Assembly: GCA_037441845.1 (NCBI GenBank)
Contig: JBBIRK010000003.1
Span: 32,001 to 96,000 of the forward strand
Source of the DNA: Candidatus Zixiibacteriota bacterium
GTDB lineage: Bacteria; Zixibacteria; MSB-5A5; UBA10806; 4484-95
Length of the DNA stretch: 64,000 nt
Direction: 5' to 3'
In this document: positions 29,437 to 38,376 of the stretch, piece after piece
Position numbering within the stretch: the first letter of the stretch is position 1
How the letters are laid out: the number at the start of each line of letters is the position of its first letter
Position numbers and translations under genes: made by a program
The notes under the pieces: generated by a model
Databases searched by the model: none
What the model was told of the DNA's origin: nothing
What the model saw: the letters and a program-made list of their open reading frames with translations, nothing else

Positions 29437-31107
29437 TTAATTGGACAGCGATAATGATTTGAAGACCAACCGCCTCAAGGGTGGCGGGAAAAAGTGGCAG
29501 TAGGAAAGGGTCGCGCTGCCCTTGAAATAGGCCACCAGGCGGGTTATATCCGAGCCGCGGAACTCGCAATTTCCGTTGACATCACCGGCGACATAGAGAA
29601 ACGTACCGGTAGAATCCATATAGCAGCTGTCGGGCGGGTTCGATCCCAGCCCCTTGAAATAGCGCACGCCGAATGTAACATCGCCGCCGATCCGGTTGCC
29701 GTCGCCGTTGATATCTCCGGGCAGATAATCGCAGGACGAACCGCCGCCGGGACGCATTCTTACGTCAACCCTGGAGGAGTCTCCCGCCGTCACTCCGACA
29801 TTTTCGATAACCGTGTCCTGGTATGATTGCTTGGATAGGCCGAGGTCGTAAGTTCCCTGCATCAAGGAAAGATAGTAATATCCATCTGCTGCGGTCGTAT
29901 CGTAGGCTACCGGATTTGTATTATCGAGCGCAACTACCTCCACACCGGCGATCGGCGTGGTTCCGCTGGTATCGGTAACCCTGCCGTAGAGTATGCCGTT
30001 TCCGGGTCCGAGATCGCTTTCCCACCAGACGATCTTGTCTTTGCGTTCGGAGGCGCCCACGATATCGATATCCCCGTCGCCGTCGAGATCGATCGGAATG
30101 GCCGATCGCGCATAGGCGAATGTATTTATCAAGTCATGGCGAGTGAATGTGTATGGCGCGGTTTGCTCGTACCAGTTGATAATGCTGTCGCGCCAGGCGG
30201 CCCCGGCGATATCCATATCGCCATCATGATCTATATCGGCCACATTGAAATCCCAGCAGCCTCTGATAAAATTATCGACCCAATAAGTGGTGAAAGTGCC
30301 GCCATCATTAACCAAGAGCAAAACATCATCGAGCCAGAGGTTGTTGGTCACGATATCCAGGTCGTTGTCGCCGTCCATATCCGCAACCGCGATCGAGGTG
30401 CTGAACACTGAATCGAGCTGGGTGATTTCGAACGGAGTGAAAACCTCGCTGCCATTGTTCATATAACGGGTTACTTCTTCATAGGCAGCTCCGCCGATTA
30501 TGTCCATGTGGGTGTCCAGATCGAGGTCGGCAATCGTCACCGCATAGGGATATCTGAAATTATTATCCACGGTGAACTTCGTGAATACGCCGCTGCCGTT
30601 GTTTTGCCACCAAGCCAAAGTATCGGCCCAAGTCCCCACGGCCGCAAAATCGTAATCGAGATCGCCGTCGATATCGGCCGCCTTGACTTCATGGACATAC
30701 TCAAAATTAGTCGTTATCACGTGGCTGGTGAAATTTTCGGAACCGTCGTTTTCGTACCAATTGATCAAGCCTACATTCGAGGTCCCGGCGGCGGTGGCCA
30801 CGATATCGAGATCGCCGTCACCGTCGAAATCGGCCACATCGACGTATTTAGTGCTTTCGAATGCCCCATCGATTATGTAGCGGGTGAAATTCTGGGCGCC
30901 GTCGTTTTCATACCAAACTACGTCATCGGCGTCTTTGGCGGCGCCGACTATATCGAGATCCCCGTCATGATCGAGATCTATCACTAGGATATCCCAGATT
31001 CCGTTGATGTTAGGATCGATATCATGGGCCGTCCAGTTGATTTGGCCGTAAGCTGCGCCGACTTTGATCGCCAGTACTGCCGCCATGACCGTTATACATC
31101 TTCGCAT
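29437..31107 (-). CDS. Secreted FG-GAP/VCBS-repeat beta-propeller protein with carboxypeptidase-regulatory-like and dockerin-like domains
   Basis: GGAGGT RBS, ATG 31107, signal peptide; seven DxDxDGDxD(I/F)-type repeats; C-terminal GDINGDG..GDVNGNC duplicated Ca-loop. Confidence 0.9.
   Translation of the reverse strand: MRRCITVMAAVLAIKVGAAYGQINWTAHDIDPNINGIWDILVIDLDHDGDLDIVGAAKDADDVVWYENDGAQNFTRYIIDGAFESTKYVDVADFDGDGDLDIVATAAGTSNVGLINWYENDGSENFTSHVITTNFEYVHEVKAADIDGDLDYDFAAVGTWADTLAWWQNNGSGVFTKFTVDNNFRYPYAVTIADLDLDTHMDIIGGAAYEEVTRYMNNGSEVFTPFEITQLDSVFSTSIAVADMDGDNDLDIVTNNLWLDDVLLLVNDGGTFTTYWVDNFIRGCWDFNVADIDHDGDMDIAGAAWRDSIINWYEQTAPYTFTRHDLINTFAYARSAIPIDLDGDGDIDIVGASERKDKIVWWESDLGPGNGILYGRVTDTSGTTPIAGVEVVALDNTNPVAYDTTAADGYYYLSLMQGTYDLGLSKQSYQDTVIENVGVTAGDSSRVDVRMRPGGGSSCDYLPGDINGDGNRIGGDVTFGVRYFKGLGSNPPDSCYMDSTGTFLYVAGDVNGNCEFRGSDITRLVAYFKGSATLSYCHFFPPPLRRLVFKSLSLSN
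29497..29733 (-). repeat. Dockerin-like C-terminal module, copy 1
   Basis: 79-aa segment, 63/79 identical by manual alignment to copy 2 at 41355-41591. Confidence 0.85.
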
Positions 31108-31592
31108 CGAATACCTCCGTCGTTTCGAATTGTGGGCAACCAAACCGTTATTTTTTGACGCCTTATTGGGAAGCAAACAAAAACTTTATTATTAATTTAA
31201 TATATAATTCACGATCTGTCAATAAGATATATACATGCTTGCGTGAATTGTTAATATAATTATTTGTGTCTGGGCTTTAAGGCCATGCTTGATTATTTAG
31301 CTATATTACCATCATAATATTCGGCGGCATGCTGAGGGCCGTGCTTATTATTATTTCATTTGCAGCCAAAACATTTAAGAGACCCCGAAATAATTCATAA
31401 AGATTTTATTGACACGGCCGATCTAATGGATTAAATTAATAACAAGTTGTAAAGGAAGAAATCTTCGTCTGGTCAAATCTGCTTTGATAATTTTTGGAAC
31501 CCTAATCAAGATACCAGCATTATCGATCGAGTAAGCGAATGCTTATCATATATCGTGTTTACCTTAATGTGTAACCCCAAAAGAGGAACGAG

Positions 31593-31901
31593 ATGGATAT
31601 CTACGTAGGCAACCTGTCGTACAGTACCACTGAGGAAGACCTCAGACAGGCCTTCCAGCCTTTCGGGCAGGTTGGCAATGTCAGGATCGTCAAGGACAAA
31701 GTAAGCGGCCAATCCAAGGGATTCGGTTTCGTCGAAATGGCTTCCAACGAGGAGGCGCAAGCCGCAATCGCCGGCCTTGACGGCAAACAACTGAACGGAC
31801 GCACTCTGCGCTTGAATGAAGCCCGTCCGCGCAGTGAAAATCCTGGCGGCGGTCGGCAGGGTGGATTCCGACAGGAACGTGCTCCGCGCAATAGGTCTTA
31901 G
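31593..31901 (+). CDS. RRM (RNP-1) RNA-binding protein
   Basis: RNP2 IYVGNL, RNP1 KGFGFVEM, NEARPR, Gly/Arg tail. Confidence 0.96.
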   Translation: MDIYVGNLSYSTTEEDLRQAFQPFGQVGNVRIVKDKVSGQSKGFGFVEMASNEEAQAAIAGLDGKQLNGRTLRLNEARPRSENPGGGRQGGFRQERAPRNRS

Positions 31902-32301
31902 CCAATTCGCGGCCGGTTTTCGTTAGATAGCGCCGGTCGCTGTCTATAAGCATAATTTTTGTTGCGCCCGCTGAAATTATATTCTGCGGGCATTTTTAAT
32001 TGAGCTATCGACCTCACATTCTTTCCGAACCATCTTTAAAAATGAATTCCGTCAAGAAAAATCGACCATCTCCGAAGATAATTATATTGTACATGTCCGA
32101 CAGTGCCTCAGACGCCGGCACAAACACCCACGAGGATGTCTAACCCCTTGTGTGGCATGAAAATTACGCGACTCTCCAGCAAGCCTCTTGCTTTTTGCGC
32201 AATGACCCATTTCAGATCGTCACCGCAAGCCGCGCGATCATCGATTACCCGGATACAGACTTGCCGAATCAGTATTCGATATAATTTTTTTTCAAAAATA
32301 C

Positions 32302-32330
32302 TTGACAATTTGATGCGCCAATGTTATAAA
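32302..32330 (+). promoter_or_regulatory. Sigma70-like promoter upstream of the lipoprotein/L,D-transpeptidase cluster
   Basis: TTGACA-17 nt-TATAAA with extended -10 TG. Confidence 0.6.
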
Positions 32331-32530
32331 TCAGCCCGTTTATTGGATGCGCGTTGATACTGAATGTTTCGGATTTGTGAAATAGACCTGTTGAGAATGT
32401 AGCGCTGCATTGTCGGCTGCTGGTTTAGCTTAGAGAAAATAATCAACCACCAATGCGAATGGATAAGGCGGAGTTAACCCGCACTGTCCTTTTTTTTAGT
32501 CCGAATCGATCGGACGGAAAGGAAAAACAA

Positions 32531-33121
32531 ATGCTCAAACGTGTGATGATGGTCCTGGCGGTGGCAACGCTGATGCTGGTTGTTGGATGCGCCAAACCGC
32601 CTGAGGCCGAAATCCAGAAGGCAAACACCGCTATCGATGCGGCCAGAACGGCGGAAGCCGAAACTTATGCCCCGGCGGCCTACAAAACCGCAATGGACAC
32701 CTTGAACGCAGCCAACTCAGCCAAGACGGAAGCTGACGGCAAATTTGCCTTGTTCAGAAGTTACTCGAAGGCGAAAGAGCTGTATGTCCGGGCTGAAATG
32801 CTGGCCAACGACGCCGTAACTCAGGCACAGGCCGAAAAAGAAAGAGTGAAGGCCGAAGTCACTCAGATGCTGGTTGATGTCAAAGCCGTCATTGATTCCG
32901 CTCAGGTTGCTTTCAAGAAAGCTCCTCGCGGCAAAGGCAGCAAAGCAGATCTGGCGATGATTCAAACCGATCTTGATGCGGTGACTACCGCTTATGCCGG
33001 CGCTGAAGCGGATTTCAATAATGGCGCTTATGCCTCGGCCAAGGCCAAATTGGAAAATACGGTCCAGAAGGCCAGAGCCATTATTTCGGAAATCGCGGCC
33101 GCATCGTCGAAAAAGAAATAA
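32531..33121 (+). CDS. Ala-rich alpha-helical lipoprotein (DUF4398-like)
   Basis: AAGGA RBS, ATG 32531, lipobox VVGC-AKPP, helical Ala/Lys-rich body, C-terminus SSKKK. Confidence 0.85.
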   Translation: MLKRVMMVLAVATLMLVVGCAKPPEAEIQKANTAIDAARTAEAETYAPAAYKTAMDTLNAANSAKTEADGKFALFRSYSKAKELYVRAEMLANDAVTQAQAEKERVKAEVTQMLVDVKAVIDSAQVAFKKAPRGKGSKADLAMIQTDLDAVTTAYAGAEADFNNGAYASAKAKLENTVQKARAIISEIAAASSKKK

Positions 33122-33190
33122 TTGCAATATTCGGATTTGCCGCAATAACGCATGCCTCATGTATTTTTAATGAGGTTCAATGATAGCCAC

Positions 33191-33220
33191 AAGGGCGCAG
33201 ATTTCTGCGCCCTTATTGTT
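33191..33220 (+). terminator. Strong stem-loop / probable terminator after the lipoprotein gene
   Basis: Perfect 10-bp stem AAGGGCGCAG-attt-CTGCGCCCTT followed by ATTGTT. Confidence 0.65.
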
Positions 33221-33451
33221 GATAGTTGAAAATGCATTATTTTTCGCCATCGAAAGCGTATAATTAAACAATCTGCTTGATCGAAAATGGTTAAGACGGA
33301 CTTTCTGCGGAGCAATCGAGCGGGAATAAATGTGGCCAGGTTTGCCGACGCCGCACATCCACCTGATTGTTGCTTGTGCCGATATAATAATAATATGTTT
33401 TACCGGGAACGTTGATTTATAATTGGGTTGATTGCATCTTCTGTTTAGACC

Positions 33452-34534
33452 ATGGTAAAGTTGAAAAAACGAATCACTCACTGCTCGGCATGTGCAATAT
33501 GCGCCGCGTTATTGGTTTTCGCCTGCCAGCAGCCCCCGCTTCAATCGCTTGAATACGCCAAAAAGGAGCTCGCAGGCGCGGCCGATGCCGGCGCCGTAAA
33601 ATACGCCGAGAGCGATTATCGAAAGGCGGAGAGGTTAGTGGCCGATGGCTGGATGGAGCTGTCAAGGCAGAACGGGAGACTGTTTATATTGCGCAATTAC
33701 AAACTGGCCGATTCTCTGCTCAAGCAAGGAGCCGATATGGCCTTGACGGCACGAAAGAAAGCGGTAGATGAAATCCGTTTCCTCGACTCGTCTCTGACTT
33801 CTGATTTCAAGGAAATAAGATCCGCTCTCGATGATTGGCGTAGTTCGCTCGATGGTGCGCTCGTGCTTTATAGCGCCGAGCGCTATTGGACCCTGGCCGA
33901 ATTGGCATATTCCTCGGGTGTGCAACTTCTCGGCCAGAAAGAGTTCGAAGCCGCCCGCCAGGAAATAATTAAAATCAAAGTTTATATCGAGTCGATAGCA
34001 AGGGAGATGGCGGATTACGCCGAAGACGAAGCCAGAGAGTTAGCCGGCTGGCGTAATTGGGTAAAGGAGACTATAGCCCAATCAAGAGCCTCCGGAAAAA
34101 GCGCGATTATCGTTGATAAAAACGCTCACAAGTTATATCTTTTAAAAAACGGTAATATTCATAAAACGTTCAGGTGTGAACTCGGGTATAACTCATCGGG
34201 ACAAAAATATTTCGCCGGAGACGGCGCAACTCCCGAGGGTCGATACCGCGTGACCCAGATTCGTCACAACGGCAGCATCTATTATAAGGCGTTGATGCTC
34301 GATTACCCGAACGATGCCGATAGGAAACGGTTCGCGAAAAATAAGAGGCAAGGTATAATCGCCAAAAACGCCCGAATCGGCGGGCTTATCGAAATCCATG
34401 GCGATGGTGGCAGGAAAAGAGACTGGACCAACGGGTGTGTCGCTCTGAAAAACAGCGATATGGATTCTCTTATACCCGAAGTCGAAGCCGGAACGCCGGT
34501 GACAATCGTCAGAAAATCCGATAGATGGCCATGA
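33452..34534 (+). CDS. L,D-transpeptidase (YkuD family) lipoprotein with N-terminal helical DUF4398-like domain
   Basis: Lipobox VFAC-QQPP; IIVDK..KLYL, GDGATPEGRY, LDYPN, IEIHG..WTNGCVAL, GTPVTI. Confidence 0.92.
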   Translation: MVKLKKRITHCSACAICAALLVFACQQPPLQSLEYAKKELAGAADAGAVKYAESDYRKAERLVADGWMELSRQNGRLFILRNYKLADSLLKQGADMALTARKKAVDEIRFLDSSLTSDFKEIRSALDDWRSSLDGALVLYSAERYWTLAELAYSSGVQLLGQKEFEAARQEIIKIKVYIESIAREMADYAEDEARELAGWRNWVKETIAQSRASGKSAIIVDKNAHKLYLLKNGNIHKTFRCELGYNSSGQKYFAGDGATPEGRYRVTQIRHNGSIYYKALMLDYPNDADRKRFAKNKRQGIIAKNARIGGLIEIHGDGGRKRDWTNGCVALKNSDMDSLIPEVEAGTPVTIVRKSDRWP

Positions 34535-35157
34535 AATTCATAATCAAGTCGCTTTCGATATTAGCCATAATCGGCATAACCTCATTGCTGGCGGTTAAAT
34601 TTCTGGGCAAGAAAGAATCCCCATTCGGCCTGAAACTGATTAATCTCCCTTCGCAGCCGAAAGCCGCCCAGAAGGCGATCGCCGATTCGAGACTCGCCTT
34701 ATCCAAAATGAGACCGGCAGGGCTTTATATAGTTATCGATACCCATGCCAACAAGCTGTCGCTCAGGAAAGACGATCGAATCCTCTTGCAGGCGGAGTGC
34801 TCCACCGGTTCAGGCGGTGAACTGATTGACTCCACGACCGGCAGAAGATGGGTTTTCAACACCCCGCGCGGCATTTTCAAGGTCAACAGCAAACTTGCCC
34901 AACCGTGGTGGAGGAAGCCGGATTGGGCGTTTATCGAGGAAAACGAGGAAATCCCCAAGAACGAAAAAGAAAGATATGATCCGGAAATGCTCGGTGACTA
35001 TGCTCTCGGTTTCGGTGACGGATATTTCATCCACGGAACCATATACGAGCGACTGCTGGGTGTAAGCGTGACTCACGGATGCGTCAGACTTGGCTCGGAG
35101 GATTTGAAAAAAGTATATGACAAGGTGCCGATCGGCACGCCAGTATATATATTTTGA
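34531..35157 (+). CDS. L,D-transpeptidase (YkuD family)
   Basis: N-terminal TM; CSTG, TPRG, YFIHGT..THGCVRL, IGTPVYIF. Confidence 0.93.
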   Translation: MKFIIKSLSILAIIGITSLLAVKFLGKKESPFGLKLINLPSQPKAAQKAIADSRLALSKMRPAGLYIVIDTHANKLSLRKDDRILLQAECSTGSGGELIDSTTGRRWVFNTPRGIFKVNSKLAQPWWRKPDWAFIEENEEIPKNEKERYDPEMLGDYALGFGDGYFIHGTIYERLLGVSVTHGCVRLGSEDLKKVYDKVPIGTPVYIF

Positions 35158-35158
35158 T

Positions 35159-35854
35159 ATGCTGAGAAATGTAAAATCGGTGGGACTGCCTGCAATCGTT
35201 CTGCTGTTCGGCCTGGCACTTTTTTATTTAGGCCGTGCGATCGCCGCCGACGCCGATAAATCGAAAAGTAAGCAGAATAAAGCTGTCTCAAGCGCCCCCT
35301 CGCAGCGTGATTACGACCTTCTTCAATCGGAACTGCACCTGGCCAAATCCGGCAGATTGTATATGGTATTCGATTTTAGGAAGCGGGAGCTGCAATTGAA
35401 AATGAAGGCGGCGGTCGTATGGAATTATCACCTGGACTCGGCTTCGGTGACCGATGAGCAAATGCAAGCGTTCGCCGAAAGATTTATCGGCGATCAAAAG
35501 CAATATATCAGACCGATTTCGGGGAAACATCTTTTCGCCGCCGACAAAAAGACGCCGGATTCGGTTCTGGCGATAGTCGGCAAGGCCGTCAATATTGATC
35601 CCGAATTGCTGCAACGGGAAGTGCCCGAGCGGTTCCAGCTGAGATGGGGTGGAGGCACGCTGCTTGAAGTTCATACCGATGTCGAGGGGAAACCCAAGGC
35701 TCCGCTGAAAAATGTTCTGATTCAAGTGGGACAGGTGCTTGCCAAACCTTTCGGCGAAAGCTCTCTTGAGATCACCGCTCCGGCGGAACAGGCTCTTACC
35801 TTATACAGAGCAACCTCGGTGGGATTGCCGACGATGGTTTATCCGGCACGCTGA
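35159..35854 (+). CDS. Exported hypothetical protein, possibly a catalytically dead YkuD-like fold
   Basis: Signal peptide; LYMVFDFRKRELQL start and GLPTMVYP end mimic YkuD termini; no HxxxGC catalytic motif. Confidence 0.6.
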   Translation: MLRNVKSVGLPAIVLLFGLALFYLGRAIAADADKSKSKQNKAVSSAPSQRDYDLLQSELHLAKSGRLYMVFDFRKRELQLKMKAAVVWNYHLDSASVTDEQMQAFAERFIGDQKQYIRPISGKHLFAADKKTPDSVLAIVGKAVNIDPELLQREVPERFQLRWGGGTLLEVHTDVEGKPKAPLKNVLIQVGQVLAKPFGESSLEITAPAEQALTLYRATSVGLPTMVYPAR

Positions 35855-35897
35855 TAATTTCGGCCCGAAATACTCGGCCTGTTTTTATAAGCCATGA

Positions 35898-37544
35898 TTA
35901 TTCCGAAGAAATCTTCCAATAATCGGGTAGATCGAAACGTGCGTCCATCTCCTCGACGTATTTCAAATCCTTTCTGATCCAGAATTCATGGCCGTGACCT
36001 TTGAGGTGGACATAATTATAATTGCCGGCGATATGATCGTAAATTTCATCAGCAGTATATGGAACCGAAGTCATCGGCGTGAATGCGAAAAAAAACATGA
36101 TAGGTTTTATTCGGCAATCGGTCGAATCGATCACGGCTGAAATCGCGAAGATGTCGGGGTTTTTATTCATAACGTAACGCATATCCGATCTTTCATGGCC
36201 GGAACCTCCACGATAGCGGACCCCGTTGCGGGCGATATGTTTATCCACCAACCCGCACATGTCGATAATATAAGCGTTCGAATAATATCCGAGTGCGCCG
36301 ATCGCCGAAGCGGCTATTTTCAGATCGGGATGGAGTTTCCGCATCTCGTTAAAATACCTGCTTAGACTGACCCATTTGATTTTCTCTATCTTTTCGGTCT
36401 TGATCATCTCACTGGTGGGGCTTAGAGTATAGAGCAGCCCGCTTTGCACACCGCTTAAAAGCATCAAGGCAATCGCAACCGACAAAATTACTCTATTTCG
36501 TCCGACTCGCGACACGATCCAGATTATGCCGGCCGCATTCAAGATCATGATAAGCGGAACCACCGGCACCATGAACCGCGAATACACCATCCAATCACCG
36601 GAGCTCAATATATTGAAAATGATATACGCGCTTATCACGACGATCAGCGCTTGAATTTCGGTTTTTCCGATGAAGCTGATTGCGAAAACAACAGCCGGAG
36701 CGAAATAAAATATCCCGCCGCCGAAAGCGAAAAATTTCAACAGATGATAAACACCTCGGGCCAGAAAATAAGGTTCGATCGGAACCTGTTTGGCGTAAAA
36801 GGTATTAGGCAGCCAATCTCCGTAATAGCTTGATCGCCAAAGAGCATGGATTCCGACAATCAGCAAGACGGGCACAAGAAACGAGAGGATTCGTTCATAA
36901 CCCCCGCTTTGTTTCGATCTTATGCAACGATAAATTTCGTAGCCGATTACTGCCGCCGCAAAGAAAACGCCCGCGGGATGGGTCAAAATCAGCGCACCGC
37001 CGATAATTCCTGTCGCCCAAAGTTTACGATTCAACGAATTCAAATAGGCCAACAGGCCGAGGCTAAGCAAGAAGCCATGCAGGGCTGTCTCCATCCCTGA
37101 TTGAAAATGCATCCCATAATCCACCCGGCCGGCAAGCAGAAAGATCGCCAATGCCCCGACCTGTCCGGCGGTTCCGAAAAGCCGCCTTCCAATCAGCAGC
37201 ATCACCACCATGGTTCCCAACGCGGCCGCCAGACTGAAAATTTTCGCCGCGGTCAAGATGTCGGCGCCCGACTTCCCGGTCAATCCGAGGATCATTACCC
37301 AAACGAACGATGAGTAACCCTCGACCCGCTCGCCGATATTGAACACCAAACCATTGCCTTGGGCGAAATTCTTGGCGTAACGGAAGAAAATATATCCATC
37401 ATCTATCGTTATCCTCCATATCGCCATATGCAAGACCAGCAGCAATCCGCTCAATATCAGGGCCGCCGCAACCGACGATTTGCGATTGAAAAGAGGTACC
37501 GGCTCGAAAAGAGTATTCGTGTCCGACCTGATCATCGAGTCCAT
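35898..37544 (-). CDS. Polytopic membrane glycosyltransferase (GT-C-like)
   Basis: IDDGYIFFRYAKN..GLVFN.GERVEGYSS, SGMET, YYGDWLPNTFYAK, GDWM..RF; many TM helices; start uncertain. Confidence 0.85.
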   Translation of the reverse strand: MDSMIRSDTNTLFEPVPLFNRKSSVAAALILSGLLLVLHMAIWRITIDDGYIFFRYAKNFAQGNGLVFNIGERVEGYSSFVWVMILGLTGKSGADILTAAKIFSLAAALGTMVVMLLIGRRLFGTAGQVGALAIFLLAGRVDYGMHFQSGMETALHGFLLSLGLLAYLNSLNRKLWATGIIGGALILTHPAGVFFAAAVIGYEIYRCIRSKQSGGYERILSFLVPVLLIVGIHALWRSSYYGDWLPNTFYAKQVPIEPYFLARGVYHLLKFFAFGGGIFYFAPAVVFAISFIGKTEIQALIVVISAYIIFNILSSGDWMVYSRFMVPVVPLIMILNAAGIIWIVSRVGRNRVILSVAIALMLLSGVQSGLLYTLSPTSEMIKTEKIEKIKWVSLSRYFNEMRKLHPDLKIAASAIGALGYYSNAYIIDMCGLVDKHIARNGVRYRGGSGHERSDMRYVMNKNPDIFAISAVIDSTDCRIKPIMFFFAFTPMTSVPYTADEIYDHIAGNYNYVHLKGHGHEFWIRKDLKYVEEMDARFDLPDYWKISSE

Positions 37545-37627
37545 TATATTGCGGGAAAATCGCGTTGGCAAGCCGCTGTTTGAGATCTATGACGAAAGCG
37601 ATTCTGATTTGCGGCCCGTGAAGATGG

Positions 37628-38284
37628 TTATGGAGTAGTTTTCTCCGTCTCGAACTGCCTTATTTCGGTGCCGAGGGTGTTGGCCAAAGAAAGCGTTATG
37701 GATTGAATTTCCTTGGCGGCTTTTTCTATTTTTTTGAGTTTCGCCTGCACCCCGGCATTCATCCCCTTGGAATCGCTTAGAAGAAGCTGGCTGTTGCCCA
37801 GAATAGTCATGAGAGTGTCGTTGATCCGATGACTGCTTTCGAGGGTCAAGTCGGCGATCTTTTTATCGAATCCCGCCCGTTTCAACTGATTGCGCAGGTT
37901 GTCGATTTCCCTTGTCAATCTTCTGATTCGCAGGCTGTCCTTGACGGCCAGGACGATGGCGTTTAGGGAAGGGGTGACCAATTGCGTCACCAGGCCGTTA
38001 TCCAGGTATTCCGGAGATTTTTCTCCACGCCGCCCGGCGCCTTTGATCAAGATTGCCGGCAAAGGCCCCACTGCATTGACTATCAATGAGTAGATTTCCG
38101 CCGCTCTAGCCTCGGCCAAAGTATCGCTGATTATCACCAGCTCCGGCGGCGCCTTTTTGGCCTCTGCAAGGGCATCGAGAGCCGAGGTTCTGGTAATTAC
38201 TCGATAACTTCCGAGGACCTCTTCGAGCTTCTCTTTGATCTTACTGCTCTGCGATTTTTTATTATCTATAATCAGGATATTCAT
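37628..38284 (-). CDS. Pseudo-receiver plus HisKA-like protein lacking an HATPase domain
   Basis: MNILIID..PPELVIIS receiver-like N-terminus; SHRINDTLMTILGNSQLL H-box; ends about 50 aa later. Confidence 0.7.
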   Translation of the reverse strand: MNILIIDNKKSQSSKIKEKLEEVLGSYRVITRTSALDALAEAKKAPPELVIISDTLAEARAAEIYSLIVNAVGPLPAILIKGAGRRGEKSPEYLDNGLVTQLVTPSLNAIVLAVKDSLRIRRLTREIDNLRNQLKRAGFDKKIADLTLESSHRINDTLMTILGNSQLLLSDSKGMNAGVQAKLKKIEKAAKEIQSITLSLANTLGTEIRQFETEKTTP

Positions 38285-38376
38285 GATCACCTGAATGATT
38301 ATCGTCATCGCTGCTGCGATTTATTATCCGGCAAGTCGGCGGCGGATATCGCTTGTTTCAGTCTGGATAATGCCGT

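Noticed and set aside
30040..31000. Periodic DNA repeats (ATCGAGATCGCCGTC-like) suggesting a CRISPR or tandem array
   Set aside because: Degenerate, in-frame codon repeats of FG-GAP/VCBS DxDGDGD motifs inside a CDS
32103..32357. Short overlapping ORFs on both strands in the RRM-lipoprotein gap
   Set aside because: No RBS or motifs, and they overlap the predicted promoter region
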